64,000 nucleotides of DNA, taken from Mizuhopecten yessoensis (Eukaryota). Location: positions 1,277,930 through 1,341,929 of the forward strand of contig NW_018480077.1 in NCBI RefSeq assembly GCF_002113885.1. Direction: 5' to 3'. This document shows positions 49,295 to 63,700 of the stretch, piece by piece. The position numbers and the translations under genes were made by a program. Position 1 is the stretch's first letter, and each line of letters opens with the position of its first letter. The notes beneath the pieces are model-generated. The model worked only from the letters and a program-made list of their open reading frames with translations, searched no databases and was not told the DNA's origin.

Positions 49295-51269
49295 AAGTGA
49301 ATAAAGCCTTTTACATCTTGTGTTTAACGGTCATGTATCAATGTGTTCATTCATATAAACTCATCTTTAGTTAATCTATTAAAAGGATTTTAAACAGAGA
49401 TAAATGTAAAGGTTGATCTTAGTGATCTGCTCAATTAGTTATTGTTTAAGGATTGAATGTGTATTTGGTGGCTTGCATGGCCTTATAAAGGGATTCCAAA
49501 GTGACTTGCGGGTAAATTTAGTGAGCATATCATTACCACTTGTTTTGTCATTTGTTTAAACATCCGAAATATACAAGCTGTTTTCATCGGTCAGAGTCAA
49601 CTGAAAATGAAAATATATTTAAAAAAAAAAGACACTAAAAATCGATGTATTTCCTTTGCTATTCACGGTCCATTGGTGACTCCTGAGGACTTCTAGGTTA
49701 TGCTTCAATGACATTTACATGTAATAGTTCTGTGGAATGTTAACGAGGAGATTTGTATCTATATGTAGATGCTGTTATAGACTGATGTGACACGGTTACC
49801 ATATAAAATGCAATAGATCTGATATTAAATATACGTACGTATTCAGCAGAGTGAATTAGATGTCAATATGAACATCAAACAATACTCATTGTTAAGTTGA
49901 ACATTGTATATATTTTTGTTGGCCATGATAGGGTTTCCTCAACCTGTTGTAAAAACATTGGAGCTGTTAATTTAGTCAACATTCTAACATTAAAAGGCTC
50001 ACATTATTAGGGTCAGCATTTCTGAATTTATATGATTATTTATTTGAGTATTTACTTCATTATCAACCTTTTCTTTCAATGTTAAATTGGTCTTTTATTT
50101 ATGCTTTAAATGCCAGTTATTGCACCGTTTTGACTAATTTGATCCTCCCAGACAATTAAATCCAACACAAAGTTTAATTCAAACGTATTTGTCATGAAGT
50201 TAATATATCACAATAATTAGACACACCACCATGGTATTGTACTGTTATTCTTGTTTATCTTTACCTGGTAAAGCATGACCATCCACACCTCAGCTTGACA
50301 CAAACAAATCCACTGAAATGTCATTAATTTTGTGACTGAGAGAAAGACAAAGAGACATTAAGATTTGTGACCAAGAGGGAGATATAGATTTATGATGGAG
50401 AGAGAGGCATACAGATTTGAGACCGAGAGACATACGGAAATGTGACTGAGAGAAAGACAAAGAAAGATTGGGGATTGCAATAGAGAAAAGGGGAGGAGAG
50501 AGAGAGAAATTAGAGAGAGACTAAAAGATAGAGGTATTAGGACAGTATAAATCAAAATGCGAAAATTAATCTTATATATACATTAGATCATAATAATCCT
50601 CACATTTTCCAGAGATGTCATAGTAACATTAGTAGTCAAGCTGGTGGTTCTTATTTTGTTTCATCTGCTTTAATGAGTTTACTTGTAAGCATACATTTTG
50701 TTGTAGTTTATCATTCCAAATCGTTTAGAAATGCTATTTAATTTTTCATGTCTGGTCACATGTATGAGAGTATATTCATGTCAGGTACTAACAGTTTATG
50801 TCAGATAATGATTATCTGCCTCGAGTGATACTGCTTTAATGAAGATATTTTTTATATAATAAATCTTATAAGACAAATACATGTTTCTTCTGTTATTATT
50901 GTAGTTTACAAAAATATTGTTTCCCATTGAACAAATAGATTACTAGTAAATGTTGACACACTTAAGGACATGTTAAAACTACATAAACGGTACAAGTGTT
51001 GAGAGTAGAGAAACACTACGCACACAAAGAAGCATAGTGAAAAACATTGACCATCATATCAAACAAAGAAATATAGCTAATTTCCCAATGAGATAATGAT
51101 ATACAACATTTGATATAGCACCCCATCTAGCTACCATAAGCCACTCTAAAGCGCTTTACAGTACATAGATATACAATTAATACAATTAGCATATACGCGT
51201 TAACTACTAGTCCTATGCCACCTGGCTAATATCTCTCTTTGTGTGTATGCCTGCGTGTGTGCTGGAGAT

Positions 51270-51520
51270 GTAATGTGTTCTGTTTGTAGTGGGACCATGC
51301 TTCCAATGGCATCATTTATAGTGCCACCTCACTTGAATGCTACAGCACAGATACCGCAACATCCACCCCAGACCATGTTATACTCCACTTAGGTTGTTGG
51401 AGTTGTGTGGGCAGGAGAAAAACACTTTCTCTACATATCCATGCGTACGACGACTTCAGGGATCAACCCCAGCCTCCTGCGTGGAAGGCCTGAGTGTTAA
51501 CCACTCAACCAATCCGCCCG
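51270..51520 (-). mobile_element. tRNA-derived SINE, Meta-domain-like
   Basis: Minus strand head GGGCGGATTGGTTGAGTGGTTAACAC, degenerate B-box GGGTTGATCCC, body CAAGTGAGGTGGCACTATAAA...CCCACTACAAACAGAACAC. Confidence 0.5.
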
Positions 51521-51524
51521 AATC

Positions 51525-51975
51525 ATGATGACGACCATAGAACTTGTGCATCTTAATCTGCATCTTTGGAAACCCTGTGTTGCAAGTTTGTTCGTCAGCA
51601 GTTGAGATCTATCGTGAATATCATATTTGGAGCAAGTTACATAATCACCTGTAACAGTATATGTGAAAATCAGAGGTTGGGGAAGCCGCGATGCTACCAT
51701 CAGTAGGGAAAGTTTTTGATTGGGAGATCAAAATTGTCCTTGATTCCAAGCTCAGTAGGGTATATATCAACATGATCCATTAACGAATTCCTCATTATTT
51801 AAAAACAGCACAGTCGATACATTTGAATGTGAAGGACTTAATTGGCTAGATTTTTGTTACCAGTTCTCTTAAGCTCATAAATAAATTTAAACCTCATATG
51901 AAAACAAAAACAAATCAGCCAGAAGATAGAGGGGGCACAGTTTGTTCCCATAGGAAAACCCAGTCTGCTTGAAAA
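51525..51975 (-). mobile_element. Degenerate Penelope-like retroelement RT fragment
   Basis: Broken motifs GFPMGTNCAP, FKCID (for FRYIDD), PTELGIKD, CSKY..DRSQLLTNKLATQGF. Confidence 0.7.
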
Positions 51976-52258
51976 TGTTGGCACTAAACTTAATTCTCCT
52001 AACCCTATATTTATATCCCCGCTCTGATGATCATAAGAGGAGGGGATGTTCAAGAGTGATCTATAGATCTTCTAATTTTTCAAATTCCACTGCTGTTTCC
52101 AATATGACAGTAACCCTAGCCTGATCAATGGTACTTAAAACGGTGCAAATAGCATTAAGATCGATGTAAACTCCTGAGATGACCATTTGCTAAATTTGCA
52201 CTATTGTTTAACATTTAACAAACTTTTTTGCTTTAACTACACCTTAACCTATAATTTA

Positions 52259-53722
52259 ACAAGAGGCCCATGGGCCTTAACGGTCACCCGAGTTCTGATA
52301 TATTTATACAAAGAGTTGATTTTTGTTTTTAAAACATGAACAGAGATATTATTCAAAGTGACAAAAAAAACCCAATAAAACCACCTTATTCAATATCTAG
52401 CATACAGATTTAAGACTGAAAAGTATTTGAAACTAGCACCTCTGATTCTAAACAAGGAAAATGAAGAAATTTTAGCACACCGACTCCTTTGGCCCCTAGG
52501 GGAGATCTGGCTCAAAATGTTCAAAGTATCAAACTGTCAACTCAGGGTTATAATTCCAATCAAGTTATCAACATGTAATATCCAAAGTATCATTTGCCAA
52601 TATAAACCATAAAAAAAAAAACCCAGTCAATTCAACCCTTTTTGGCCCCACCCATTAGCCCCTGGGGGTCAGTCAGGGATGATATGTGCATACCATCAAA
52701 CTGCACTCCAATACAGATAATGATAACCTAAATTGAATTACTTCCAATGGAAATTAAACAAATGTTGGTCCAAAATGTGATTTCCCTATATAAACTATAG
52801 TAAAATTTACCCCCTCCCCAGGGGGAACATGAGACCCCATAACAACGCAGTCATGAAATTCACAATTTTGGTAGAGCACCTTAAAACCCTTCCATCTATT
52901 TTTAAGAGTATTTGATTCTACCATTCTACAATATCTGGGTCTGGAGAAGATTTTGAAATTTCAGTGAATTTAACCAGTTATGGCCCAACCCATCAGCCCC
53001 GGTGGATCAGTCAGGGCTGATAAGTGCATACCATCAAACTGCTTTCCAATACTGATAATGCTAACCCAAATTGAATTACTTCCAATGGAAATTAATCAAA
53101 TGTTGGTCCAAAATGTGATTTTCCCTATATAATCTACAGTAAAGTTTACCCCCTCCCCAGGGTCATGAAATTCACAATTTTGGTTAAGCACCTTAAGACC
53201 CTTCCATCTATGAAGAGTATTTGATTCTACCATATCAGGGTCTTGAGAAGAAGATTTTGAAATTTCAGTCAATTCAACCCTTTTTGGCCCCACCCATTAG
53301 CCCCTAGGGGTCAGTCAGGGCTGATTTGTGCATACCATCAAACTGCTTTCTAATACAGATAATGCTAACCCAAATTGAATTACTTCCAATGGAAATTAAT
53401 CAAATGTTGGTCCAAAATGTGATTTTCCCTATATAAACGACAGTAAAGTTTACCCCCTCCCCAGGGTCATGAAATTCACAATTTTGGTAGAGCACCTTAA
53501 AACCCTTCCATCTATTAAGAGTATTTGATTCTACCATATCTGGATCTTGAGAAGAAGATTTTTGAAATTTTTGTCAATTTGACCCTTTTTGGCCCCACCC
53601 TTAGGCCCCTGGGGGCTGAGGACCATATAATTCACAATTTTTGTTGACCTTTGGCCATGGAAGGTTTCTGCAAAATTTCATTGAAATTGGTTCAGGGGTT
53701 TTGGAGAAGAAGTCGAAAATGT
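52259..53722 (+). mobile_element. HINE/Helentron-like element carrying ~305-bp tandem repeats
   Basis: 5' ACAAGAGGCCCATGGGCCTTAACGGTCACC. Repeat units start near 52625, 52963, 53268 and 53573 (GTCAATTCAACCCTTTTTGGCCCCACCC...GAAGAAGATTTTGAAATTT). Ends TTTTGGAGAAGAAGTCGAAAATGT. Confidence 0.7.
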
Positions 53723-53921
53723 TACTTATGCAGGACCAAGAAACACTCAAACACACCATTAGTAACCGCTATTTTTTATTTCATTTTTGTTGAGATCAAA
53801 TTCTTGAATCTCTCAAGCATTTTGTTAACTCCCTCCCAACCTGATGTATGTCAAATGTACATTGTCACAGACACAATGTTCTGACATGCTGTGTAACATA
53901 AATATATTTACAATAGAATAT

Positions 53922-54012
53922 ATAACTCATTCACCCCTGATATTTCATAATGAACTATTCCAACCTTTGAATTGGAAGAGTTCAAATGTGTCTTCAGGGG
54001 TGAATGAGTTAA
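53922..54012. mobile_element. Diverged member of the ~85-bp piggyBac-like MITE group
   Basis: TAACTCATTCACCCCTGA...TCAGGGGTGAATGAGTTAA; same length and layout as the other copies. Confidence 0.6.
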
Positions 54013-55742
54013 ACTGTTCAGGATATCTGAACAGAAAACAGCAAGCTTTAAAAACATGCACGATATATTGATCATCTGATGCTGTATATACAATCAAATA
54101 TTACACAGTACAATTTTACAAGCAGGAAAAGACCAGTCTATTAACTTACTTCTGATAAGAATATAATGCAATGCAGTTGATTGATTTCTGAGAAATGAAA
54201 CAAAAAACCCATTTGCAGCTTTGGCATCAGAATTGTAAGAAACTAACATTTATTATTTACAGTGAAGCTGTCCTGAAACCAGATCTGGATTGTTTTATAT
54301 TAAGCTTTATCTAAAATCATATATTCGGCTCCTTTTTTTCTTTCAAATATTTGCAGATTTATTATTTGAAAACAGTCATGATGATCCAAAGACTAAACTT
54401 TTTTTTCTGATATAAATAGTTATATCAGTGTAAAAATTAACCTTCAATTGTCAAGATATGTAAATGAAGTTTGATAAGACTCCATCCTGAACAGTACCAC
54501 AATGACAAAATTCTACAGTTTGTAAGCGGAATCAAAAGAACACTGAACTGTACACAAAACTGTTATTCAAACTCGTAATTCATTAAACTAGTGTAAAATA
54601 GGAACCAAGGAAAGATTTACATGGCGACTCGTGGAAAAGTACAAGGACAATATTCCTTCAGCTTCATTGACACCAACACCGTAGCAACCTCTACAAAATT
54701 ACCTTCCCCATCACTGGCAGCTGGACCTCACTTTGATCCTCAATATTATATGCTTTATGCAACTGAACAGAGCGGGATTCAAATGTTGGATACTTTTAAA
54801 TGTGACACGGACACTACCAGCTAAGGGCTGCATGAATTTGGTTACCCGAGTGTATTCCTATTTGGTATTTTTTTGTTAAAGAATGGACAGGTTAAATCTA
54901 CCTCAATTGTGAAAAGGTGATAATAACTGTATCAATTGTCACGACTTGCTGTATGAAACAGCAATTGTATGTTTAAATTCTAGTAAAATATAAACAAATC
55001 CTTTCCCATTGAAGAGATACAAATTGGCTGCCTATAGAAGTCATGCATAAATTTCATTTTATACAAATTCTACAACAGATGATGGAGACAAGAAATTGTC
55101 TGTGAGTCAATGAGACTTTCTGTAAATAAATATAATCTCAATAAAACATAGATAGACACTAAAACCCATTTGCCATGAAACAATATCTCAAGTGTATGGT
55201 AAAATTATATCATAGCACATTTGTTGTTTATAACAAGCAGGAGTACAGCGACTTTTGTTTTGTTTTTTGTTATCTTAATTAAGTGCTTTCAAATACATAG
55301 GGCAAAAAGCGCTAAAACTAGGTTTGATAATAGAGTACGTTATAAAACAGTTATTGAAATAACGTTGTTTCAATAAAAAAACTTGCAATAAATGACAAAA
55401 TTGCTTTGCAAATTGGTTGGATTAATAGTCAAACAGTTCGCATGAAATATTACAATATTTTACAAAACATTAAAAATTAATAACTTATTCCTTAAATTAA
55501 TTAAATAAATACATGTTTGCTAAAAATGTGTATGATTTCTAATATGATTTATCTTATTAAAAAATGTATTGGCAGCTAAAATAGGTCAATTCTTATTGAC
55601 TTGTTAGGAAATAAACTGTGTCTTTAGCCAACATTAAATAATGATAACCTCTCACATGTAAGTTACAATACAATGTTGTTGTGTGAAACACATTTTTGAA
55701 ATTACACCTGTGCAATAATCTGTGACAGGGACTAGTCAGAAA

Positions 55743-55846
55743 CAATCCGATTAAAACCAGATCTTTGATTCCACTCTCGATCCTCTACTTTCCAGTCAAC
55801 GTAGAGTATCGGAATCGGAATCAAAGATCTGGTTTTAAACAGATTG
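55743..55846. mobile_element. Hairpin MITE with 9-bp TSD (MULE-like)
   Basis: Arms CAATC..TTAAAACCAGATCTTTGATTCC / GGAATCAAAGATCTGGTTTTAA..GATTG; AGTCAGAAA duplicated at 55734-55742 and 55847-55855. Confidence 0.8.
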
Positions 55847-57788
55847 AGTCAGAAATTTTATAATACATGTATGTGCAATATGAATTTTGATTGATTGGTG
55901 GGCTACAGAAACGCCAAACCATACTAAAGTCCTTTATGGAAATAATGAAATATATGCCAATAATAATTTTGCAATGACTGACTATGCAAAGAAATCTACA
56001 ATGTCAAAAAGTCACAAACAAAAGCAGCTATTTTTTAAAGCATTGCTGCAAACAGAAATATATCGAAAAATGAGTGCATCATCATGAGGTCCTACTTCTA
56101 AATGCTTAGTATACATACAAATCTGACAGTTGATTATATACATTCTATCACATTCATGTCTTAATACAATATTTAACTGTAAAATTAAAAGATGAATAAA
56201 AAGCAAATCCAACAAACCTTTTAATAGCTAAAAAACGAAATATGTAGAATGTACATTTTATATGTGGCAGATATTGAACTTGACATTAGGTAAATGAAAT
56301 TAAGTAAATTAAATGACTATTATAAATAAAATAATTTACATTAAATGCTTATATTGCACAAACCAGTATATTTGTAATTTTTACCTGTTGTAATTTTCTG
56401 CTTGAACACAATTCAGTTCATCTCACTTACTGTGGTTTTACATCAACTTTTGAGTTTTTTAACAAAGTATCCAACTGATTTTTTCCAATTGTTACCTCCT
56501 TCTTATCAAGTACAATTTATAGAGAAATACATTCAAATGTACCTTTCTGTTACCCAACTTTGTCTGGACAACTTAGTGATAAAAAAAAGTGATGCAACAA
56601 CTGAAAATTTGTAATGTATTACGTTTACAGTCTCCTAAATTGTGATACCAAAGTAGGTTTAATTGACTGTATGTTAAAGATAAATGACGAACTACAACAG
56701 TTTTTCCTCTTAATAATGTTGAAATTTTTCATCTATGTTTCAATTATCTTTTAAACATTCTATTTATCATTATGTTGAAGAATACAAAATATTAGCTTGA
56801 TAAACATATTTTGCCACAAGATTTACATAAAAACAGTTTATTCGAGAGATGATTTGCAAAACCGGTATGGGATTGAATCTGTCATATTTATAATAACCAA
56901 TACAGTAAAATCATATTTGTTTCTGCTATCTTTACATGCAGCAAATAAAGAAACCTCTTTTTCTACTAGAATTAGTCAATGATCTGATTAAACAATGAGA
57001 CATGCCATATCAACTTCATTTTGTGATTGAATATTTTTTTCAGATATCATACAACATTAAACCATCCACTGCAATATCGGGAAGGAGAAAATACATCCAT
57101 ACCACTACAGAAAATATCTTTTTATAATATACAAACGCCTATTTTTAAAAGTTTGAAAAATAAATAAAATGTATGCCAGAAACTTAAAATATAAAAGCAT
57201 TTCTTTTTCAAACTTTACAGCAGATGTGATATACACAAATAACAGTAAGTATTTATAAAATTCTGAAAAAAATATTCTAAAGTATAGATATTTTCTTTAA
57301 CAATGTAAGTCTATCTAATGATTCATTTGTAGATGGCTTCTGCTGCATACAAATGTTTGTTGTATAATCGTATAAATAAATTTCTGTGTAAATTCAGCTG
57401 CTAGTACCAACAGGTACTGAGGTATAACAAAGGTCTCCCTGAAATCAGACAATACTTTATCTAGTGATTGGCTTTTGATGAAGGAAGCCAACCAACAGCA
57501 ACCCAATCCTTTCTCCATTCTGTCTAAATTTTACAGATGCCCATTTCGCTAAGAAATTTAGGCATACTTTCATTGCTAAATGATCTAGCTTCTCAAAAAA
57601 CAGTGCTTTTCCATTGTTTAAAAAAAACAAACAAAAAAACTAGAGTTGTTTGATGCATTAGTTATAAGGCATCATTTATAGAATTTAATTAAAATATTCT
57701 CGTTCACTTCAATTCCAAAAACATTTCCATTATAAGCATACACAATAATATCAGTCTATTCTTTTAAACACTACGACAAAGTCTGCCA

Positions 57789-60700
57789 TCACGTTGTGAT
57801 GAAGTTTTTCTCATTACTGAGGTAACTTTCAATAGCCTTCTGTGTTTCAAACGACGGCCATCTTTCCAGGAGGAGATTACTCTCAGACTCATTTGTCAGC
57901 TCTAACTTGGTTCGCTGATGGCTGCGAATCAGAAGCTTTGTTGTTTCAAGGGCCTGTGCAAAAAAAAATTGATATGTTAATACCACAGATGAAACACTGG
58001 TTTCAATTATACACAACTTATAGTAGTCTAATAATCCGTACAGACATTTTTAGACTATCTGTTTCATTTAATTTTTCTCAATTTAAAACATTGTACATTT
58101 CATTGTAAGATCATCCATATTGAAATTTTACAAACTGAAACTTCTTTGATTATTTAAACACCAAACTCTCACATAATAGTATCATTTATATCACACTTTA
58201 ATTGACATGATCTCTATTGCTTCACAGGCAATCTCCAAAATCAGTATCTGTAATAATGATGATTGTCAGACACAAAATCAGTATGTGTAATAATGATGAT
58301 TGTCAGACACAAAATCAGTATCTGTAATAATGATGATTGTCAGACACAAAATGGTCAAAGTACCTTGCCCGACATGCTCGCCATGTTTTGGATTCGCGGA
58401 ATGACCTCTTGCATAATACTTGTCGGCCAAAACACCTGAGATACCAAACCCAGCTGACATGCTTCAATGGCTGTGATTTTACGTCCTGCAATCAGCAACT
58501 CGTTGGCCTACAAGGTATATCATTTCATCAATATATACAATGCAATTCAAAAGCATAAATTATTCGCTTAATCTACCGTGTAAAAAAAATAAAAAATCAA
58601 ATAAAAAAAAAGTCTTAACATCACAGCGGTGTGCCTGATAATATATACATCTGTAATTATTTTTCCTACAAACGTTCAACATGCATATCTTACAATAAGT
58701 TATTAAATTTTCAGAACAGGTCTTCTTCACAATTCAGAATGATATTTTTTTCTTTATTAAAGATGCCAGAATATAAAGTGTAAAATTATGTATGAGAAAC
58801 AGAAACAAAGTGAGTGGAGCTCACATTACCACCCTTCCCCCAACCCCGCTTTGCTATGACCTTTGACCCTTTAACCTCGACCAATGACCACCAAAATCTA
58901 GCCAGGTGTAGAACTTAATTTTACCATTACCATACTATATTTATGTAAATATACCGGTAAGATAAATTTATTTAAGACTCATACACACACTGACGAATGC
59001 ATTGACAAAGTGATTAATACATATATACCCTCCTCAATAGTTGGAGGGGTATCATAATGTTAATCTCGCTACCAAAATTAAACTAAACATGACAACATAA
59101 ATGCCACACTTTTTAACTGTTTTGTCAAATAATATGAGAAGGAAAACTCAGTGTTTGTTAAACTTTCTTTTTTTTGTAATGACTATATTAAACACCAAAA
59201 ACATAGTTATATAATGTCGATTGTTTTCATATTAGGCCTTTGGTTCTGATTGAAGATCAGGCCAATGTGCAGTTGGTAAGTATAGCATAGCAGTGGTGGG
59301 AGACAACCCAACAGATATCAATTTGTAAAACTAAAGTGCAATATTGGCCTGACCTCTCCTAAACAATTATTTTCTTAATTAATATATATATGACACCTAC
59401 CATTGCCATGCCTATTGCTGATGGAATTGAGAATGTGGCACCCCCTTCAGGAGTTTGTGCAAGCTGAGCATAAGGCAGATGGAATGTGGCCTTGTCACTA
59501 GCATAAACCACATCACAGAGTGGCAACATGGTCATGCCAAGGCCCACCGCTGGTCCTGTTACGACGGCAACAATCGGCTTTGGAAACGTGATCAGGGATT
59601 TGGTAAAATCTCTATCAATATAAAAAGAACAGCAGATATAGCAGGGTGCTTGTTTAATAGTATTCAAAATCTTGAATATTATACAGAAAACAAACAACCT
59701 TCTATTAAGCATGTAAAAAGCTTACTTAAGTGCAAAATGTGTGGAAATATTGTAGTTTGTTAATCTTTATTTTTTCGAAAATTTTCATACTCGATATTGT
59801 GAAAGACTATATTTTACGATTACTTTAAGAAAATAAGACAAATAAGCTTAAAATGAATTCAAAATATTTTAATTACGATGCATTTAGAAATAATTGTTCC
59901 TTACATTTTAACAACATACACATACATGTATATGCCCTCCATCCTTTCATTTCTAATGACTCTTTGCCTTAGTTGTAAATTCAAGTATACCAGCATTATT
60001 ATACATATTAAGAAAAGATATAAAGGTTGAGTGAAACTCAAATTATGTCTTAAAAAAATTAGAATAGAAATGTTGGTTAGCGAAATGAAGTATGCATGAA
60101 ATATATTCTGAGCAATCTTGTCGTTTTATACATTTTATGTGCCACCTACCTCAAGGCGTCAACCATCTGGCGTGATGCGACACGTTTGTCTCCTCTGACG
60201 AGGTAATGGAGGTCAAGGCCCTGACAGAAAACATTGCCAAGCCCACTAAACATGACTAGGTTACTGTCATCGTACTTGGCCGAGTTCAGTGCAGAGCAGA
60301 TCTCCTGTATGACCTATGAGCATAACACAAGTTGAAAGAATATACTATGTATTTCACTAGCACTGTAAAGATCTACTGGTCAAAACTAAATACACTTAAT
60401 GGAACTACACTGGAATACCTCCCTTCCGTAATTTAAACATGCAATATTATGATTTTATATGATTCAAAATACAAAATGTATGTAATGTTGCCACTGTGAT
60501 GAGTTTGATTCAGTTATTTTGTATATATGTATCTCTCATTTAAAACTATTGATGAAACAATGTACCTCATGGCCCTTTCATTTCAAAATTTTATTTAAAC
60601 AAAATTGGTTCAGAAATCAATTCGCTAGAAATTGAGATATGAAGAAGAATCCGACAGGATGGAATTGTTATGGGCCACATTTATGCATGCCAGCCTCCTT

Positions 60701-63700
60701 TATTTTAATCCTCCCCCGCCCATAAATAAAAATTCTGGTTGCATAAAAATGAAGTTACAATGTATGAAATTTATATAATTTGGAATACATTCTAGTTTGT
60801 TATGTGTTGGCTTATTCATTGTCAAATATCTCTCCAGAAAGAGTTTACACAGTACCTGTGGATTGAGAGCATTCTTTATCTTGGTGTGAGTGTTCATCCA
60901 GATCTGTGTGTATTTGGAGCACTTCTTAACCACAATATCCTTGTAGCGAAATGCGCATTCACTTTGTCTTACACTGATCCTCCTTTCCATCTCCTCTGGG
61001 GGCGAGTCACCATTCTCAACACGCTTACCTCCCTTTGGTTTTAACTGTTGGGGTAGTCTATCGAGGAACATACGGTATGACATCGACGACGGACTGACGG
61101 GGATCACCGCAGGGAAATACTGGTAGGCGGGTACATCACCACACAGTGACTCCATGTTGGCAGAGGAAGAGGCAGCAGATGGGGACGTCTTTATAACACT
61201 TGCCTTGCTCATAGGTTTTACCGTGGTGAACAGGGGTGTTGGTGACACAGGCCTTGCTACTGAGGAAATAATGAGGATCAAAATGTCTTAAAATTGTCTC
61301 CCTAGCTACTAGTGATGACTGAAAGGATCTTATATTTATGTAATCGTAAAAAGACCTGCCTTAAATAATTTTAAACCTTTTAAGAAGGGAACATTATATA
61401 TTCAAGTTTATATCATAATGTTCAAAATGTTGCCCAAATCTCAAAAGGTTAGTTTTTGCTCTTTGTACTTTTGGATATTTTTCTATCAATCATGTACAAT
61501 TTTTCTGTATAAAATCTTCCGAAAATTAGGAAAATATGTATTTTTATAGAAAACAAAAATGTATAAATAGCTGAGCAATGAAACATGTCTAATTATAAGT
61601 CATTTATCTATCATATCAATCCTGTTGGTGTGTAATACCACTGTATATACATGTATGTATAGACATCTAGATAAAATTGGTTTAAGAATAATATAACTTT
61701 GAACTATTCAGTTGTGAACTTTTAATATTGCAAGAGGCCTAAATACACACACAAAAATAATGATACACGAATACGTACCTTGTTAATCAATATTGCATTA
61801 ATTTAAATTGAGTAAGGATGGAAGAAATATGGTTATTATTGTGCTTACACAATAAATTTGCTTGATATAATTTAACCACACTTGTATCTTGAACAGGTCT
61901 GTGGAAATCCTTGACTGAAATTGCCCTCCAAAAATTGAATTATAAAATCTACATAAATTCATTTTAATCTTTACAGCTGAAACGACTCATCAAATAATAT
62001 TACCAGGTATACATGTACATTTTCTTGTGTACATACCAAACTATTTAGTTTGCCTAGCTGTATCGTGATCATGATACACCAACAATTACTGCTATCATCT
62101 CATCAAGTAAAAAATATATATATAAAAAAATTGTACACACTTGGTAAATTAGATTTGGGTTTAAATATAAATATAAATAAACTCACATGGCAACATCACT
62201 TTCTTGGATTTTATACTGTCTATCAAGTGCAGCTTCTTCCTTGGAACATCCGTAGTCCTGAGGGGGCTGATCTTGACTTGCAGGATGCGCTTGCCACCAG
62301 GTGTCGTCGGTGAACTTTCCTTAGAACCCTGAACCTTGGCCCCGACGGCCTTAACACTGACACTGCTGTCATTCTTATTACCGAGGACAGATTTATTAGC
62401 TACAACTTTCCATGAAATGTCTTTGGATTTAGGACACACTTTTTTAGAGGACAAACATTGTTCATCTCCTGAAGAATCTGACTTTTCATCAGAGTCCATA
62501 TCTATCACTTCAATATCATTCGGACTATCTTTTACATTTTTCTGCTGTTTTTTCTTTGCTCTTATTTTTTTCAGGCATTCCTCCAACTCGTATGTACCTG
62601 TCCCTTTATCATTTTGACAATCTTTTGAATGTTCAGACTTTTTTGTTTCTTTCTGTCTTGAAACCTGAGATTTACTCTTCGGACTCGAGTTTAAAGATTT
62701 TAATTTTATTTTCATTGAAAAATGTTTTGACTGTGACTGTTTCGAATCAAAACCTTTCGTTTTAATCAAACTTGGCATCTTCTTCAAAGCTACACATTCT
62801 TCTTTGCCGAGAGTTTTATTTTCTTTCTTTTTCACATTTTCCGTTTTTGTTGGTTTAGGAGATCCTTTTGTCTTTATATTCTTCACAGTCTTTTTAGTTT
62901 TCACTTTTTCTTGAGCAATTTTCTTACTTTTTTTAAGCACTTTTTTAGCTGCATTGGAAGAATCCTTCTTTTTTCCAGTTGACTTGCTAATTCCCTTCAC
63001 AGAGGTAACTGTCTTGCGCTTTTTTGTACCTTTATTATCTGTTGTGGAAAGAGAGGTACTTGGTCTCTTGGTGGCTTTCTTCTCAGAACTCTTTTTCAAG
63101 CTTACAGATTTTTTCTTTTCCTTATCCGATCTCTCTTTTTTCAAAGATGGCGATTCTGTCTTTTTCAAAATCTTTTTCTTTGAAGGTACAGGTGAATTTC
63201 CTTTTCCTTCAATAGAAACTTTAGAAGCTTTGGTTTTTCCAGAGTTTGGGGAAATTGCTTTTCCATTAACCTTTTTTTTTGCCGATCCTTGTGACATAAT
63301 TTTTCCTTCTATAGAAACTTTCTTCTTTTTAGTAGCAGGCTGTCGGGGACTTGAATCTGTGTCTTCAGCCTTTCTTTTCACTGAATAGTTTTTCACAATT
63401 TTCTTACTAGGAGACGGGCTGAGCTTACCATCTTTTGCAACATGCACATTTTTACCTTTTTCTGGAGACTTTGTAGATTTTGGAGACTGTACATGTTTGC
63501 TAGCTTGTTTAGGAGATGTGCTTTTAGATTTTGCTTCAAACTTTTTGTGTTGAATGTTTTTGCTGATTAGCTCCATAGCAAAATCATGGGCTTCATCTTT
63601 CAGTTTTGCAGATGAAGATTTTTGAGCTTTTCCACCATTTTTCTCTTCAAAGTCTTTGAGAAGATGGAGACAATCGAGTAGGTTTTCTAGAGGTTCCCAT

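Noticed and set aside
45845-51100. Short ORFs between TRAF7-like and CDYL
   Set aside because: No recognisable motifs or consistent splice structure; likely 3' UTR and intergenic DNA.
62336-63388. Plus-strand Phe/Leu/Ser-rich ORFs resembling membrane proteins
   Set aside because: Antisense shadows of the Lys-rich CDYL exon.
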